This document shows positions 1 through 9,708 of a DNA stretch of 64,000 bases, one piece after another (positions within the stretch are counted from its first letter, which is position 1; every line of letters begins with the position of its first letter). Made by a program: the position numbers and the translations under genes. This DNA comes from Nitrospiraceae bacterium (GTDB taxonomy: Bacteria > Nitrospirota > Nitrospiria > Nitrospirales > Nitrospiraceae), in NCBI GenBank assembly GCA_050246315.1, contig JBFWWG010000004.1, forward strand, positions 96,001-160,000, written 5' to 3'. Under the pieces are notes generated by a model. It was not told where the DNA came from. It ran no database searches and saw nothing but the letters and a program-made list of their open reading frames with translations.

Positions 1-758
1 GAACCGCCCTCAGGCACATCCACGTCCGCTTCCATCTTGCCGGCGAACGGATGCCAGGCCATGATCTTGTGCTTGCCGGCCGGCACATCCTTGAGCTCGA
101 ACGTCCCGTCCGCATTCACCACGACATAATTCTTGTTCTGGACCGGGAGGAAGAAGCCCTGCATGAACTCATGCTGATCGCACTGGAGACGGAAGAAGGA
201 CCCGGCCTTCTCCTGCCGGAGCGTGATCGGCTTTTCGAGCTTGGATCCCTTCTCAGCCAGACCGATATTAAAAATGGTGGCGGAGCTGGGGCCCTTGACC
301 TCGAAGGAATGCGGGTTGTGGAGCACGCCCTTCACCGACTTCGGATCGTCGGGGTCCGCATCGTGGTTCTCGACACGGAAATTCTTCTTGTTCACGACGA
401 TGCCGCTGAACGGCTGAAAATCACAAAATTCGGCGACCACATCCGTGCCCCCGTAACCGTCCATGAACGCCTTATCCTCGATGTCCCGAACCGACACCAC
501 CGCGTTCTTCAAGCCCCCATCCTTGCCGACTTCAATCGTCTTGAGGAAACGCTTATCCCCATCCATAACATCCTTGTTCGGAATCTTGGGGCAGAACTTC
601 GGATTCGGGAACTTGGAAAACATGAATTCCTTCTGCTCGGCCTTGCCGGCATAGGTCACCTTCCCGGTCACGGTGCCGCCGGCAAAGGACGCCAGCGGAG
701 CCGCCAGGAAGGAGGCCGCAATCAGACCCGACATAGCTAGTAACGAACCTGTCCTCAT
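1..758 (-). CDS. Secreted cupredoxin-motif / carboxypeptidase-regulatory-like domain protein (3' end runs off window)
   Basis: Not in the ORF track. Hand translation from ATG 758 (AAGGAGG RBS): MRTGSLLAMSGLIAASFLAAPLASFAGGTVTGKVTY...VLHNPH...LQCDQHEFMQ...DGTFELKDVPAGKHKIMAWHP. Signal peptide; paralogue of 2435-3376 and 3398-4315. Confidence 0.85.
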   Translation of the reverse strand, partial: MRTGSLLAMSGLIAASFLAAPLASFAGGTVTGKVTYAGKAEQKEFMFSKFPNPKFCPKIPNKDVMDGDKRFLKTIEVGKDGGLKNAVVSVRDIEDKAFMDGYGGTDVVAEFCDFQPFSGIVVNKKNFRVENHDADPDDPKSVKGVLHNPHSFEVKGPSSATIFNIGLAEKGSKLEKPITLRQEKAGSFFRLQCDQHEFMQGFFLPVQNKNYVVVNADGTFELKDVPAGKHKIMAWHPFAGKMEADVDVPEGG

Positions 759-944
759 GATGACTGCCTCCTTGATGGTTGAACAAAATCTTTCGGTATG
801 CATGCCGACCAGCCCCAGGAAAATTCTACTCTGTGCCTCAAGGCTCCACAAGGCAGGGGTCGTGAAGCTGGTTGGCCGCACCCATTCCCCTATTTAGGCG
901 CACGAGTGATCGGAGGGACTGTACCGACTCCCAAAAGAGTCACT

Positions 945-973
945 TTTATACAGAATCCTCCATCGCGAGTCAA
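945..973 (-). promoter_or_regulatory. sigma70-type promoter TTGACT-N17-TATAAA
   Basis: Near-consensus hexamers with a 17-nt spacer upstream of the CDS starting at 758; inverted repeat GACTC-N6-GAGTC (926-941) lies over the predicted start site. Confidence 0.6.
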
Positions 974-1032
974 CCGTGCCCCAAGCGGCTCCATGCGCCG
1001 TTTGCACGGTCTTGCCCCTTGGAGGAAAAGAC

Positions 1033-2406
1033 TCAGAAGCGTGCGTGGACCGCCTGTTGATCCTGGCGCAGTAGGCGAATCAACGATGCGGCTGCCGTCG
1101 CCTGTACGGCCGCATCCTGGTCACGCAAGGCTTCCTTAAGGTCCGGAATGTGCTCTCGGCTCCCGATGCGCCCCAGGGACCGGGCCGCAGCAATCCTTGG
1201 GCGGGGCAAGGGATCGTGCAGGATCTGATCCAGATAGGCCAGCGCGGCCTGTCGATTCAGCCCCGCACCGCGCCCCAGCGCCTTGGCAACCGCCGAGCGA
1301 GGGCCGGGGTCTTGGGCTCGCATCAAACTACGTACGGCTTCCTCGATCTCAGGGAAAGGCTCGCCCAATCTAAGCATGGAGTCCACGGCCGCACCTTTCA
1401 CTCCGGGATCGGGGTCGTGAAACGCTTTTCGAAGAACGGGGACGGCCTCTTTCCTGCTCAATTCCCCCAGCGCGACCGCCGCGCTGGATCGCACGGCGGG
1501 AATCTTGTCGTTCATCAGCGTAACGAGCGGCTCCAATCCTTCCGCCTTGCCGAACAAACCCAATGCCGCAGCCGCCCCTCCTCGCACAGACGGTTGTGGA
1601 TCACGGCTTCCCGCAATCGCGAACTCCAGGCCGCGTGGGTCCTTGAGTTCTCCCATCACACGCAAGGCGGTGCTCCTGGCCTCGGGGTTTGCCGCCTTGG
1701 CGGCCTGAGTCAGTCCGGTCCAGGATTCTTTGCGGCCGAAACGCAGCAAGGCTCCGATGGCCTGCACCCGTACCATCGGTTGCTCGTCGTTCAGCGCCTG
1801 CTCAAGGAGCGGTCGCTCGCGCTTGTCGCCGTTGAGCCCGACCGCTCGTACGACATTGGCCCGAACCATCGAGGCCTGATCCTCCATCGCCTTGCGCAAC
1901 CTCGGCGACTTCCGGCCGTTCTGCAATTGGCTCAAGGCCTCGGCCGCCAGCGCCCGGACAAGCCCCGACCCGTCGCTCAGACCATCTTCGAGATCTGGCA
2001 CGACGTCCTCGGACTCCAGCTCCTTCAACGCTGTATATGCGGCACCTCGCATCTGTTCGCGCATATCTTTGAACAACACCCGAATGAATCCCATCGCGAC
2101 GGTCTCCAGCAGCGCCTCCTCGTCGCGGCCTTGGTCCTTCGCCACTTGGTCGTAGACGTCCAACGCATCCTTGGGACGCCCGAGTTCGATGAGCGTTTTG
2201 GTCTTGAGCGTGCGGGCGTGGGTGGACAGCGAACGGTTGTCGCCCAGACGATCCAACAACTCCAGGGTCTGAGGATAACGCCGTTCCGAAAATGCGCCCT
2301 CCGCCTCCCGTTCGAGGGCACCGGCTGAAGGAGCCTCAGCACCCTCGACGTCCGGGCCGAAGAACAGCAGGCCCAGACACAGCAGCGCTCCCGTTCTCAT
2401 CATCAT
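1033..2406 (-). CDS. HEAT/PBS-lyase repeat protein with signal peptide
   Basis: Many L-x-D-xxxx-VR-xx-A-xx-ALG repeats; N-terminal hydrophobic segment. Start placed at MMMR (2406) to avoid overlap with the upstream gene. Confidence 0.85.
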   Translation of the reverse strand: MMMRTGALLCLGLLFFGPDVEGAEAPSAGALEREAEGAFSERRYPQTLELLDRLGDNRSLSTHARTLKTKTLIELGRPKDALDVYDQVAKDQGRDEEALLETVAMGFIRVLFKDMREQMRGAAYTALKELESEDVVPDLEDGLSDGSGLVRALAAEALSQLQNGRKSPRLRKAMEDQASMVRANVVRAVGLNGDKRERPLLEQALNDEQPMVRVQAIGALLRFGRKESWTGLTQAAKAANPEARSTALRVMGELKDPRGLEFAIAGSRDPQPSVRGGAAAALGLFGKAEGLEPLVTLMNDKIPAVRSSAAVALGELSRKEAVPVLRKAFHDPDPGVKGAAVDSMLRLGEPFPEIEEAVRSLMRAQDPGPRSAVAKALGRGAGLNRQAALAYLDQILHDPLPRPRIAAARSLGRIGSREHIPDLKEALRDQDAAVQATAAASLIRLLRQDQQAVHARF

Positions 2407-2434
2407 CGACGGAATGGAACGCGACACGACGAGT

Positions 2435-3376
2435 CTACTGTTGGTATTCAACAAGGGGTTCGATCGCGACAGGATGTCCGAGAGACTCCGGCCCAAATCG
2501 AGGGTTTTCCATCACCTTGAAAGCCGACCGATTTCCCCTCGGCGCTTCAAGGACAACGTCCTCGGTAACACGCCCGTTGGGAGCCACCGTCACCGTTTTG
2601 GAGATGCTGGGACCGGATTGAGGGTGCCAGATGACAAGTTGATAGGTTCCGGGCGGAATATGATCAAGACGATAGGTACCGTCGGCCGCGGTCACGGCGT
2701 AATAGGGGTTGGTCACCGCCACAGCCCAGCTCTCCATAAATGCATGGAAGCCGCACTGCATGTAAAAGGTGCGCCGGCCGTGGTTGAGATAGATCGGTCC
2801 GACCAACGATCTTCCTGGCTCATGATCGTGGGTCGCGTGCAGGTCACCCCGGTGATGGCGGACGTTCATGCGCAGGGGCGAATTGAACAGGACTCGCGTC
2901 CCGGCCTGCAAGGAGGTCTCATAGCCTTGGATATCGTGCATGACCGGGTCCATGTTCACGACTTCCACGGCGTGGCCGTTCCGCACGATCGTGACAAAGG
3001 GTGTGAATTTGCAATCGCGCGCTTCAACGAGCGGAACCGACAACTCGAACGGTTTGCCGCTTTCGATCCCTTCAAGAAACACGACGGTGTCCTTGAGACC
3101 CCCTCCCTGATCGACGACAAAATCGTAATGCAACCGCCAGCCCTTCCCGTTGGAAATGCGTCCGCAGTATTGAGGATCGGGAAACGTGATCAGGTTAAAC
3201 CCCTTCGGCTCCGGCACCGCGCCTTGCAAGGTTACACGCCCCTCAATCGTGCCACCGTCCTTCACCTCGATCACCTCATACGCCGACGCCTGCGCCGGAA
3301 GTCCCAGGGCCAGGACGATCGCGCAGCAGACGAGCCTGCCTACCAAGAACCTGGTACCGACCATACGACCGCTCAT
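2435..3376 (-). CDS. Secreted cupredoxin-motif / carboxypeptidase-regulatory-like domain protein
   Basis: Signal peptide; GGTIEGRV; MHDIQ...CGFHAFM; DGTYRLDHIPPGTYQLVIWHP; His-rich loop RHHRGDLHATHDH. Confidence 0.85.
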   Translation of the reverse strand: MSGRMVGTRFLVGRLVCCAIVLALGLPAQASAYEVIEVKDGGTIEGRVTLQGAVPEPKGFNLITFPDPQYCGRISNGKGWRLHYDFVVDQGGGLKDTVVFLEGIESGKPFELSVPLVEARDCKFTPFVTIVRNGHAVEVVNMDPVMHDIQGYETSLQAGTRVLFNSPLRMNVRHHRGDLHATHDHEPGRSLVGPIYLNHGRRTFYMQCGFHAFMESWAVAVTNPYYAVTAADGTYRLDHIPPGTYQLVIWHPQSGPSISKTVTVAPNGRVTEDVVLEAPRGNRSAFKVMENPRFGPESLGHPVAIEPLVEYQQ

Positions 3377-3397
3377 GCCATAACCTCCGAAGAATGT

Positions 3398-4315
3398 TTA
3401 GGGTCTCTGTAATTCCAAGGTCGGGCGGATGTCGATCGAGCGTCCGAGGGCCTCCAGCCCGAAGTGAGGATTCTCGACGATTTCATGCGCGCTCCGACGT
3501 CCCGTCGGCGCCTTAAACTCAAAGGAAGCCGTCGCGGTTTCTCCGGCTTTCACCGTGATGTTCTGCTGCAACATCGGCCCGGTCTGAGGATGCCAGGCGG
3601 CCACTGCATAGTCGCCGGGCGGTACCTCTGCCAGAGAAAAACTCCCGTCCGGCCCCGTGATCGCATAATACGGATGCTCGATCGCCAGCCCCCAACTCTC
3701 CATGTAGGCATGGAACCCGCACTGCATGACGAAGATGCGGCGCTCCTTGGTCATGCGGACCTTCTGGACCACCGGTTCGCCGGCGATATGCTTATGGTAT
3801 TCGGCCCCGACTCCGGATCTTGGATGGTGCGGATTCATCGGCAGGGGTACATTGAACAGCACACGCGGTCCCAGATTGGAGGTTTCATAAGCCTGAATGT
3901 CATGCATCACCGGGTCCATATTCACGACCTTCACGTCATGATCGTCACGCACCACAGTGACGAAGGGGAGAAACCGACAATCGCGCGCCTCGATCGTCGG
4001 CGGGGTAAAGGCGAACGGCTTGCCTTGTTTCACCTCGGTCAACATCACCACGACATCCTTCAGCCCGCCGCCCTGAGACACCGTAAACTCTTCGAGGATG
4101 CGCCATCCGGTGCCCGTTGAGATGCGTCCGCAATAGACGGGATCCGGAAACGTAATGAGGTTGAACCCTTTGGGAATCGGCTTCCCACCGGTGATAGTCA
4201 CCTTCCCAGCAATCGTCCCTCCATCCACGACCGCCATCTCATCGTAGGCACCCGCCTGGGGCGCAAACCACACAACCCACAGCGCCATCACTGCGAATCG
4301 AATCAATCGAACCAT
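3398..4315 (-). CDS. Secreted cupredoxin-motif / carboxypeptidase-regulatory-like domain protein (close paralogue of 2435-3376)
   Basis: Shares PKGFNLITFPDPxYCGRIS, NMDPVMHDIQxYETS and MQCGFHAxMESW with its neighbour; ATG 4315 follows GGAGG. Confidence 0.85.
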   Translation of the reverse strand: MVRLIRFAVMALWVVWFAPQAGAYDEMAVVDGGTIAGKVTITGGKPIPKGFNLITFPDPVYCGRISTGTGWRILEEFTVSQGGGLKDVVVMLTEVKQGKPFAFTPPTIEARDCRFLPFVTVVRDDHDVKVVNMDPVMHDIQAYETSNLGPRVLFNVPLPMNPHHPRSGVGAEYHKHIAGEPVVQKVRMTKERRIFVMQCGFHAYMESWGLAIEHPYYAITGPDGSFSLAEVPPGDYAVAAWHPQTGPMLQQNITVKAGETATASFEFKAPTGRRSAHEIVENPHFGLEALGRSIDIRPTLELQRP

Positions 4316-4378
4316 GACCGGCCTCCGCTCGACGGTTCGTCCACAAGTATGTGTGTTCAGTCTACAAGACCCTGTCAC

Positions 4379-4413
4379 CAAAAAGAAGGGGGAGCCAGAC
4401 TCTGGCTCCCCCT
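4379..4413 (-). terminator. Intrinsic terminator after the multicopper oxidase gene
   Basis: Inverted repeat AGGGGGAGCCAGA/TCTGGCTCCCCCT (4387-4413) followed by TCTTTTT on the minus strand. Confidence 0.75.
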
Positions 4414-4442
4414 CCCACACGTTCCTCTCGGTCGATGAAACG

Positions 4443-7400
4443 TTACCGGGAGGCCACCGGACTCACCTGAGCCTCAGCCGGTGAATCGGCCTGCGCCTTC
4501 TTCACTCCGACCGCAGCCCCGGACAACGGTAGCAACCGTTGATCGCCGGACGGTAGGACGCGCACATAGCCCCACTGACCGGACTGCGAATACGGCAGCC
4601 GCTGGTTGCTGTAGGTAAAGTCGCCCACCAACCGATAGGGACCGCCTGCCGACGGGATGAACGCATCGATGACCTCGGAACCGGAATACTCGACGACGCT
4701 GATCATGTCGGCGCCGCGCATGTACGGTTCGATCGGCCACTCGTGCTTCTCTATGCTGAACATCCCGTTCTGCTCGTTGGTCGCACCCAGAATGTGAAGC
4801 CGAACCGGATCTCCCGCATGCGCCTCGATAATAGGCGTCACGGGATCTTCCGGCTTATCGGCCACGCAGGGCTGGAATACGCGGCCCAGCGTGCACCCCA
4901 GCTCTTCCCGGAACTTGTACGGCTCGGACCGGTAGTTCACCCCGGTCAGACCCGCCACGTTCTGGACGTAGGGCATGAAGCTCGTCCCGATGATGTTGTC
5001 TTCGTCCTGGAAGAACAACGAGGCATCCCGGTAGTTCGTCCGGAACTCGTTGCCGGATATCGTCCGGTCTACGATGACATCCACCATCCAGGCATTCTTG
5101 TTGGACACATCGGCTCCGGTCTTCGGATCGCGGTACTTGGAGCCCTTCGGGCCGACCACGACCGCGCCGAAGAGACCATTCCGAGGATTGAGCATCGGAT
5201 TGCCGCCATCCCACACCAGCGACGTGATCTCGCCGTTCGCAGGATCCGCATAGTAGGTGTACGTGCGGCTTTCGCCCGGGGCGACCGTCTGGTCGTTCGG
5301 GTTGTTACCGACGTTCCAGCCAAGCGAGTCCTTCGGATCGAAGGCCAGCGACATGGCCGAGAAGGAAGCACGGCTGCTCTTCATCTTGTTTTTCAAGTTG
5401 ACCTTAATACAATCCCCCACGTTCACGTGCAACGTCAGCGGCATCGGCTGCGCATTCGCCACCGTGGCGATCTCGTCCTCCAGGACATAGATCTTCGCGT
5501 CGGGGTTGGTGATCTGGATCTTCCGCTCGAAGTCCACCTCGATGGCCTCGGGCGCCTTTGCGTTGAACTTCATGTTCGGATAGTCGATCGCCACGACATT
5601 GAACGACTTCACCGGAGCATCGGCCGGACAGACCGGTATTGGTGCCGGAATTTCGTTCCGTCCCGAATAACCGGCAGGGAGCCTCTGCAAATCCGGCTGT
5701 TCCTTGTCGTACACGCGGAGAATCCCCCACCCACCCTCGGACAGCTTGGAAGCCCGTCCGTTGAAGTGGATAAAGTCGCCGGCTTGCAGCCGAGGCCCGC
5801 CGGCTTTCGGCACTACCAGGTCATACCGTTCGGCAATCCCGATATGAATGGAGTTCTTCCGGTTCGCGTCGCCGGCATACCGTTCGGTCAAGAACGTATG
5901 GCCGGACAACGTCCACACCATCGACTCGTTCATCAGCGTATGCAACAGACGAAATACCATCGTATCGCCCACATACGCGCGCAGCAGCGGCGTGTAGGGA
6001 TCACCATGGATCGCGCTGTTGAACACCTGGTGGACATCCGGATTAGAAGCCAATCGCTGGGCGATAGGTCCTGCCCGGAAGTTCAAACCGCTCCCTGTAG
6101 TATGGGTCCCACCGTTAAGGAACGGCATCGGCGTCATGTAGATTTTTTCCGGCATCTGGAACGAGACTGTTTTCCCTGCTTCCAGCGCCACCTCGACCGG
6201 CTGGCCGGGCGGGTTACCGGCGGTCACAATATTCACCGTGTGGGGCACGGTGTCATGAACCTGCACCATCAATTCACGGAAACTGCCGTTTACGTTATGT
6301 CCGACCGGCTCAATCGTCCGAATGTCGGCGATCGGTCCGCTCCGGACCTGCTTCCCGGTCTTGGGATCGTGGTACGTAGACCCGACCGGCTCGGCAATGA
6401 AGGTTCCGAATCCGCCGTGCGGCCAAGTGGTCGCGCCGAAGGCATGGTCGTGCCAGAACACGGTACCCACGTCCGCATCGACCCAGAACCGCTGCCGCAC
6501 GAACTCAACCGTCACGATGTCCTTGGCCGGGTGATCGTGCTTCAGACCCTTGGTCAAGGTAATCGTGTTGCCCTTGATCTCCTTGATGCGGGCGATTTCG
6601 TTGCCCTTGACGTTGTCCGCCCCGACGAGGATCAGGATCTTCGGATGGTATTGGGCCGCGTTCTTCACGGTAATGGTGGTGGCCCCCTTCTTCACAGGCG
6701 CCGTCAACACCGTGTTCATCGGGACAGGCAGTCCCTTCTTGTCCTTCTTCTCCAGCATCGTGAACGGACGCACCGATTGTTCATAGGAGAACCCAGTGAT
6801 CACCCCGTCCGACGCCTGGTTGTCGAACTGGAGGAAGTGCCAGTGCGTATTGATTTTGGATGCCTGGAAGTTCGTGTAGTCGTCGTCCTCCCATTCACTG
6901 GTCAACGTCCAATCCAGGCAGTCGTAGATGTTGCCGCGGACGACCAACGGATACTTGAGGTCATCGTTGGCGCGAATCGCTGCTTCTTCTTCATGCAACA
7001 CATAGATCAAGCCCGTCTGGTCTACGACGGCCGGCTCTTTGCCCTGCGCCTTCGCCAACTTGATCGGGAGCTTGATGAAGTGCACATTGTAATCTTTGCG
7101 TCCGGCGTTTTCGGGACACAAACTCCACACGCCGTTTTCACCGGGCTTGGCTTGATCCAGGCTCTCCTCACCGTTGTCGTCCCGGCGAATCGGCTCAAGC
7201 CACGGGGCACCGACGTGATTCGGGGAGAACATCACACGCTTCCCGAAATGCGGCGTCAGGTGCGGCCAAGCCACACGCCCGGTCGTCGGCTCGAACGTGA
7301 TCGGATGACGCTTGCCCGGATGTGTCGACTTGTACTTGGGACTGTCAAACGTGCTTTCCTTCTCTGACATCGCCTTGTTGCCGTCCCAGATCCAATCCAA

Positions 7401-9314
7401 CACCGTGGCATCGTAGGACACAATCTGGCCCTTTTCATCGTCCTTGTGACCGGGCTTTCCTTGTGTCGGCAACTGCATTTCCACCCAGTCTTTGATCGTG
7501 ATCACGGCCGGACTGCCCTTCCAATTGCTCTTACCCTTATCCACAATCTGGAAAGTCTTTCCGAACCAGTCCACCGTCGTCCCGACCAATTTGTCGGAGG
7601 TCACGGGGTGCTTGATGCGTCCCTTGCGATCAGGCAATTCGCGCAGGTCCGGCATCGTGTCATTGCGATGGTCTCCATGCTGCAGCGTGTTGTACACCCG
7701 CCAGTATCCCCACATGCCCGCCACATAGTGGTGCGCGACGTGGCAGTGGAAGAGGAAGTCGCCGGCAAGTTGCTGGCACAGACCCGACCCGCACTCCGTT
7801 TCGAGGTCCAGCGCTTCCGACGGTCCGATGACTTCAACGTCTACGCGATCGGTCTTATGACGAATGACCGGATATTTCACAGGACCGTTTACGGAGACCG
7901 CCCAGAGGTTCATATCGTCGATGGCCCGCGGGCTGCGCGGCCAACGAATCGTCCCGCCGTGCGGATGGTGGGAGTGGAACACCTCCGACCCACCGTGCAC
8001 CAGCCGGAACTTCGCCGGATCGCCCAAATAGGACCGCGGAATGGTCGGGGACGGATCGCCGAACGTATAGGAGCTATAGCCCATCGACTCGTCTTCAAAC
8101 CCGAAGTATTCGTGCTGCACATGCATGTTGTTGATGCCGAAGGGCTCGCTGCGATAGTTGATCGCACGGGCGCCTGGCCGATACACGTCCGTCAACGGAT
8201 CGCGTTGCGGCAGGAAGTCGCCCTTCTTGTTGACCGGGCGGAACGCCTCGTCGCCCACTTCGTGATAAATCAACACGTATTCCCGGAAGTCCGGACCCGA
8301 GCCGTTGTCGATCATCACCTGCCAACCGCTACTGGCCGCCTCGTCCTTGGAGGTCGGATCTCCGAGCGCCTGCAGATAGGACGAGCCGCGCGGCTCGACG
8401 ACGAAGGCCCCAAAGAGCCCGAGCACCGTCAGCTCGCGATCATTGCTGAAGCTGTGGAATTGTTTCACACCCTCCTGGGCGGCCGGATGGATATACCATT
8501 CCATCTCCACCGCCTTGTCCGGCTTGGCAACCGAGTCCGGGTTGGTCGTGGTCGCCGCCTGTCCCGTGGCGCTGATGACTGGATAGGAGCCGTGGATGTG
8601 CAGGCTGACCTCGTCCACACCCTCCAGCTTGTTCTCCAGCTTGACCTTGACACAGTCGCCTTGGTTGGCGCGGAGCACGAGCGGCTCGATCCACTGAGCC
8701 TGCACACCGGGGAGCACCGCTCCCGGATCATAGCCTTCCTTCTCGCGCGCCTCCTTGTTCTTCGTCTCCTCGGCCCGCACCTTGTCGAGATTCTCCGTCA
8801 AGACGTACATGTAGCCGGGATAGTAATCGAGCCATTGATTGAGGGTGATCTCGATGTTGATCGCCTGCACGTTGAACTGCTTGACGGGCGCATACGCTGG
8901 ACACTTGCCCCCGCCCTCCATGACCGGCTCACGGCGCGGATCCGACATCAACAGGAGATCCTGCCCGCCGGCACCATACTGGTGCATCATGGACATCGTA
9001 TTGAAATTCCCCGTGCTGACCTGCTGCACCTGCGGATCCTTGGCCATCTGCTCCATGATCCGTTGATGTTGCTGCTCAACCTTCGCCGAACGATCCGGAC
9101 GACCCGACATCGCGTCTTCCACGACGGTCTGGCCTTTGAGCTGCTCCGCCCACTCCGGCGTGGCATGCCCCATGGAGGTCATATGGACCGAAGCATGGCC
9201 CTCATGGGACGTGTCTTCAGCCGCGCCGACCAGCGGGAGCGCCAGAAAGGCGCCTGCCGCCAGCAGGCTGACCCAACCACGAAGCGGTTGAATCTGATGG
9301 TGATGATTAAGCAT
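4443..9314 (-). CDS. Large multi-domain multicopper oxidase, MnxG-like
   Basis: 1623 aa with signal peptide; copper motifs SLHIHG, FHSHHPHG, FHCHVAHHYVAGM, NTHWHFLQFD, FWHDH; repeated PLVLRxNxGDC domain starts. Confidence 0.9.
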   Translation of the reverse strand: MLNHHHQIQPLRGWVSLLAAGAFLALPLVGAAEDTSHEGHASVHMTSMGHATPEWAEQLKGQTVVEDAMSGRPDRSAKVEQQHQRIMEQMAKDPQVQQVSTGNFNTMSMMHQYGAGGQDLLLMSDPRREPVMEGGGKCPAYAPVKQFNVQAINIEITLNQWLDYYPGYMYVLTENLDKVRAEETKNKEAREKEGYDPGAVLPGVQAQWIEPLVLRANQGDCVKVKLENKLEGVDEVSLHIHGSYPVISATGQAATTTNPDSVAKPDKAVEMEWYIHPAAQEGVKQFHSFSNDRELTVLGLFGAFVVEPRGSSYLQALGDPTSKDEAASSGWQVMIDNGSGPDFREYVLIYHEVGDEAFRPVNKKGDFLPQRDPLTDVYRPGARAINYRSEPFGINNMHVQHEYFGFEDESMGYSSYTFGDPSPTIPRSYLGDPAKFRLVHGGSEVFHSHHPHGGTIRWPRSPRAIDDMNLWAVSVNGPVKYPVIRHKTDRVDVEVIGPSEALDLETECGSGLCQQLAGDFLFHCHVAHHYVAGMWGYWRVYNTLQHGDHRNDTMPDLRELPDRKGRIKHPVTSDKLVGTTVDWFGKTFQIVDKGKSNWKGSPAVITIKDWVEMQLPTQGKPGHKDDEKGQIVSYDATVLDWIWDGNKAMSEKESTFDSPKYKSTHPGKRHPITFEPTTGRVAWPHLTPHFGKRVMFSPNHVGAPWLEPIRRDDNGEESLDQAKPGENGVWSLCPENAGRKDYNVHFIKLPIKLAKAQGKEPAVVDQTGLIYVLHEEEAAIRANDDLKYPLVVRGNIYDCLDWTLTSEWEDDDYTNFQASKINTHWHFLQFDNQASDGVITGFSYEQSVRPFTMLEKKDKKGLPVPMNTVLTAPVKKGATTITVKNAAQYHPKILILVGADNVKGNEIARIKEIKGNTITLTKGLKHDHPAKDIVTVEFVRQRFWVDADVGTVFWHDHAFGATTWPHGGFGTFIAEPVGSTYHDPKTGKQVRSGPIADIRTIEPVGHNVNGSFRELMVQVHDTVPHTVNIVTAGNPPGQPVEVALEAGKTVSFQMPEKIYMTPMPFLNGGTHTTGSGLNFRAGPIAQRLASNPDVHQVFNSAIHGDPYTPLLRAYVGDTMVFRLLHTLMNESMVWTLSGHTFLTERYAGDANRKNSIHIGIAERYDLVVPKAGGPRLQAGDFIHFNGRASKLSEGGWGILRVYDKEQPDLQRLPAGYSGRNEIPAPIPVCPADAPVKSFNVVAIDYPNMKFNAKAPEAIEVDFERKIQITNPDAKIYVLEDEIATVANAQPMPLTLHVNVGDCIKVNLKNKMKSSRASFSAMSLAFDPKDSLGWNVGNNPNDQTVAPGESRTYTYYADPANGEITSLVWDGGNPMLNPRNGLFGAVVVGPKGSKYRDPKTGADVSNKNAWMVDVIVDRTISGNEFRTNYRDASLFFQDEDNIIGTSFMPYVQNVAGLTGVNYRSEPYKFREELGCTLGRVFQPCVADKPEDPVTPIIEAHAGDPVRLHILGATNEQNGMFSIEKHEWPIEPYMRGADMISVVEYSGSEVIDAFIPSAGGPYRLVGDFTYSNQRLPYSQSGQWGYVRVLPSGDQRLLPLSGAAVGVKKAQADSPAEAQVSPVASR

Positions 9315-9500
9315 GGACCGGCCTCCTTGCTGTGTTAATGAACTTGCTGATCAATCAGGACTGAAAAACCCGGGCGAGACATGTATCGAAGCGTCCACAC
9401 GAGCGATTCCGGCAGTGACGACAGACGTTTGTTGAAGGAGGGTTTTCACCGAAGGGAACTCTATGGTCACTGCAGGCATGCGGACTAGGTTGTGACTAAA

Positions 9501-9555
9501 TTACGATGTCGTAAAAGACCGAGCCCAAGATACTCAAGTTGAAGAAACGTGTCAA
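9501..9555 (-). promoter_or_regulatory. sigma70 promoter TTGACA-N17-TATCTT with downstream palindrome TTACGA-TG-TCGTAA
   Basis: -35 at 9555-9550, -10 at 9532-9527; 14-bp inverted repeat at 9501-9514, just downstream of the predicted start site. Confidence 0.7.
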
Positions 9556-9708
9556 CCCTCAAACTCGCCCTCCAGCCCGATGTGCCGTCGATCCGAATCT
9601 GACTTTGCCATGACCGGTTTGACGCGTTCGGCTCGACCCTAATTCGGCGACGCACGGCACGAGCCCGTGTTTTCTTCATGTACTCCAGTTGTGAGATAAT
9701 GTTCCGAT

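Noticed and set aside
51..740. 229-aa plus-strand ORF
   Set aside because: Shadow of the minus-strand gene 1-758, which has an RBS, a signal peptide and clear paralogues.
4743..9338. Long plus-strand ORFs (874 and 630 aa)
   Set aside because: Antisense shadows of the multicopper oxidase in GC-rich DNA; no recognisable motifs.
9560..9708. c-di-AMP (ydaO) riboswitch ahead of the KimA-like gene
   Set aside because: The conserved GCTGAA...GGAAC...GGGGT..ATC...CAGCTAAC elements were not found.
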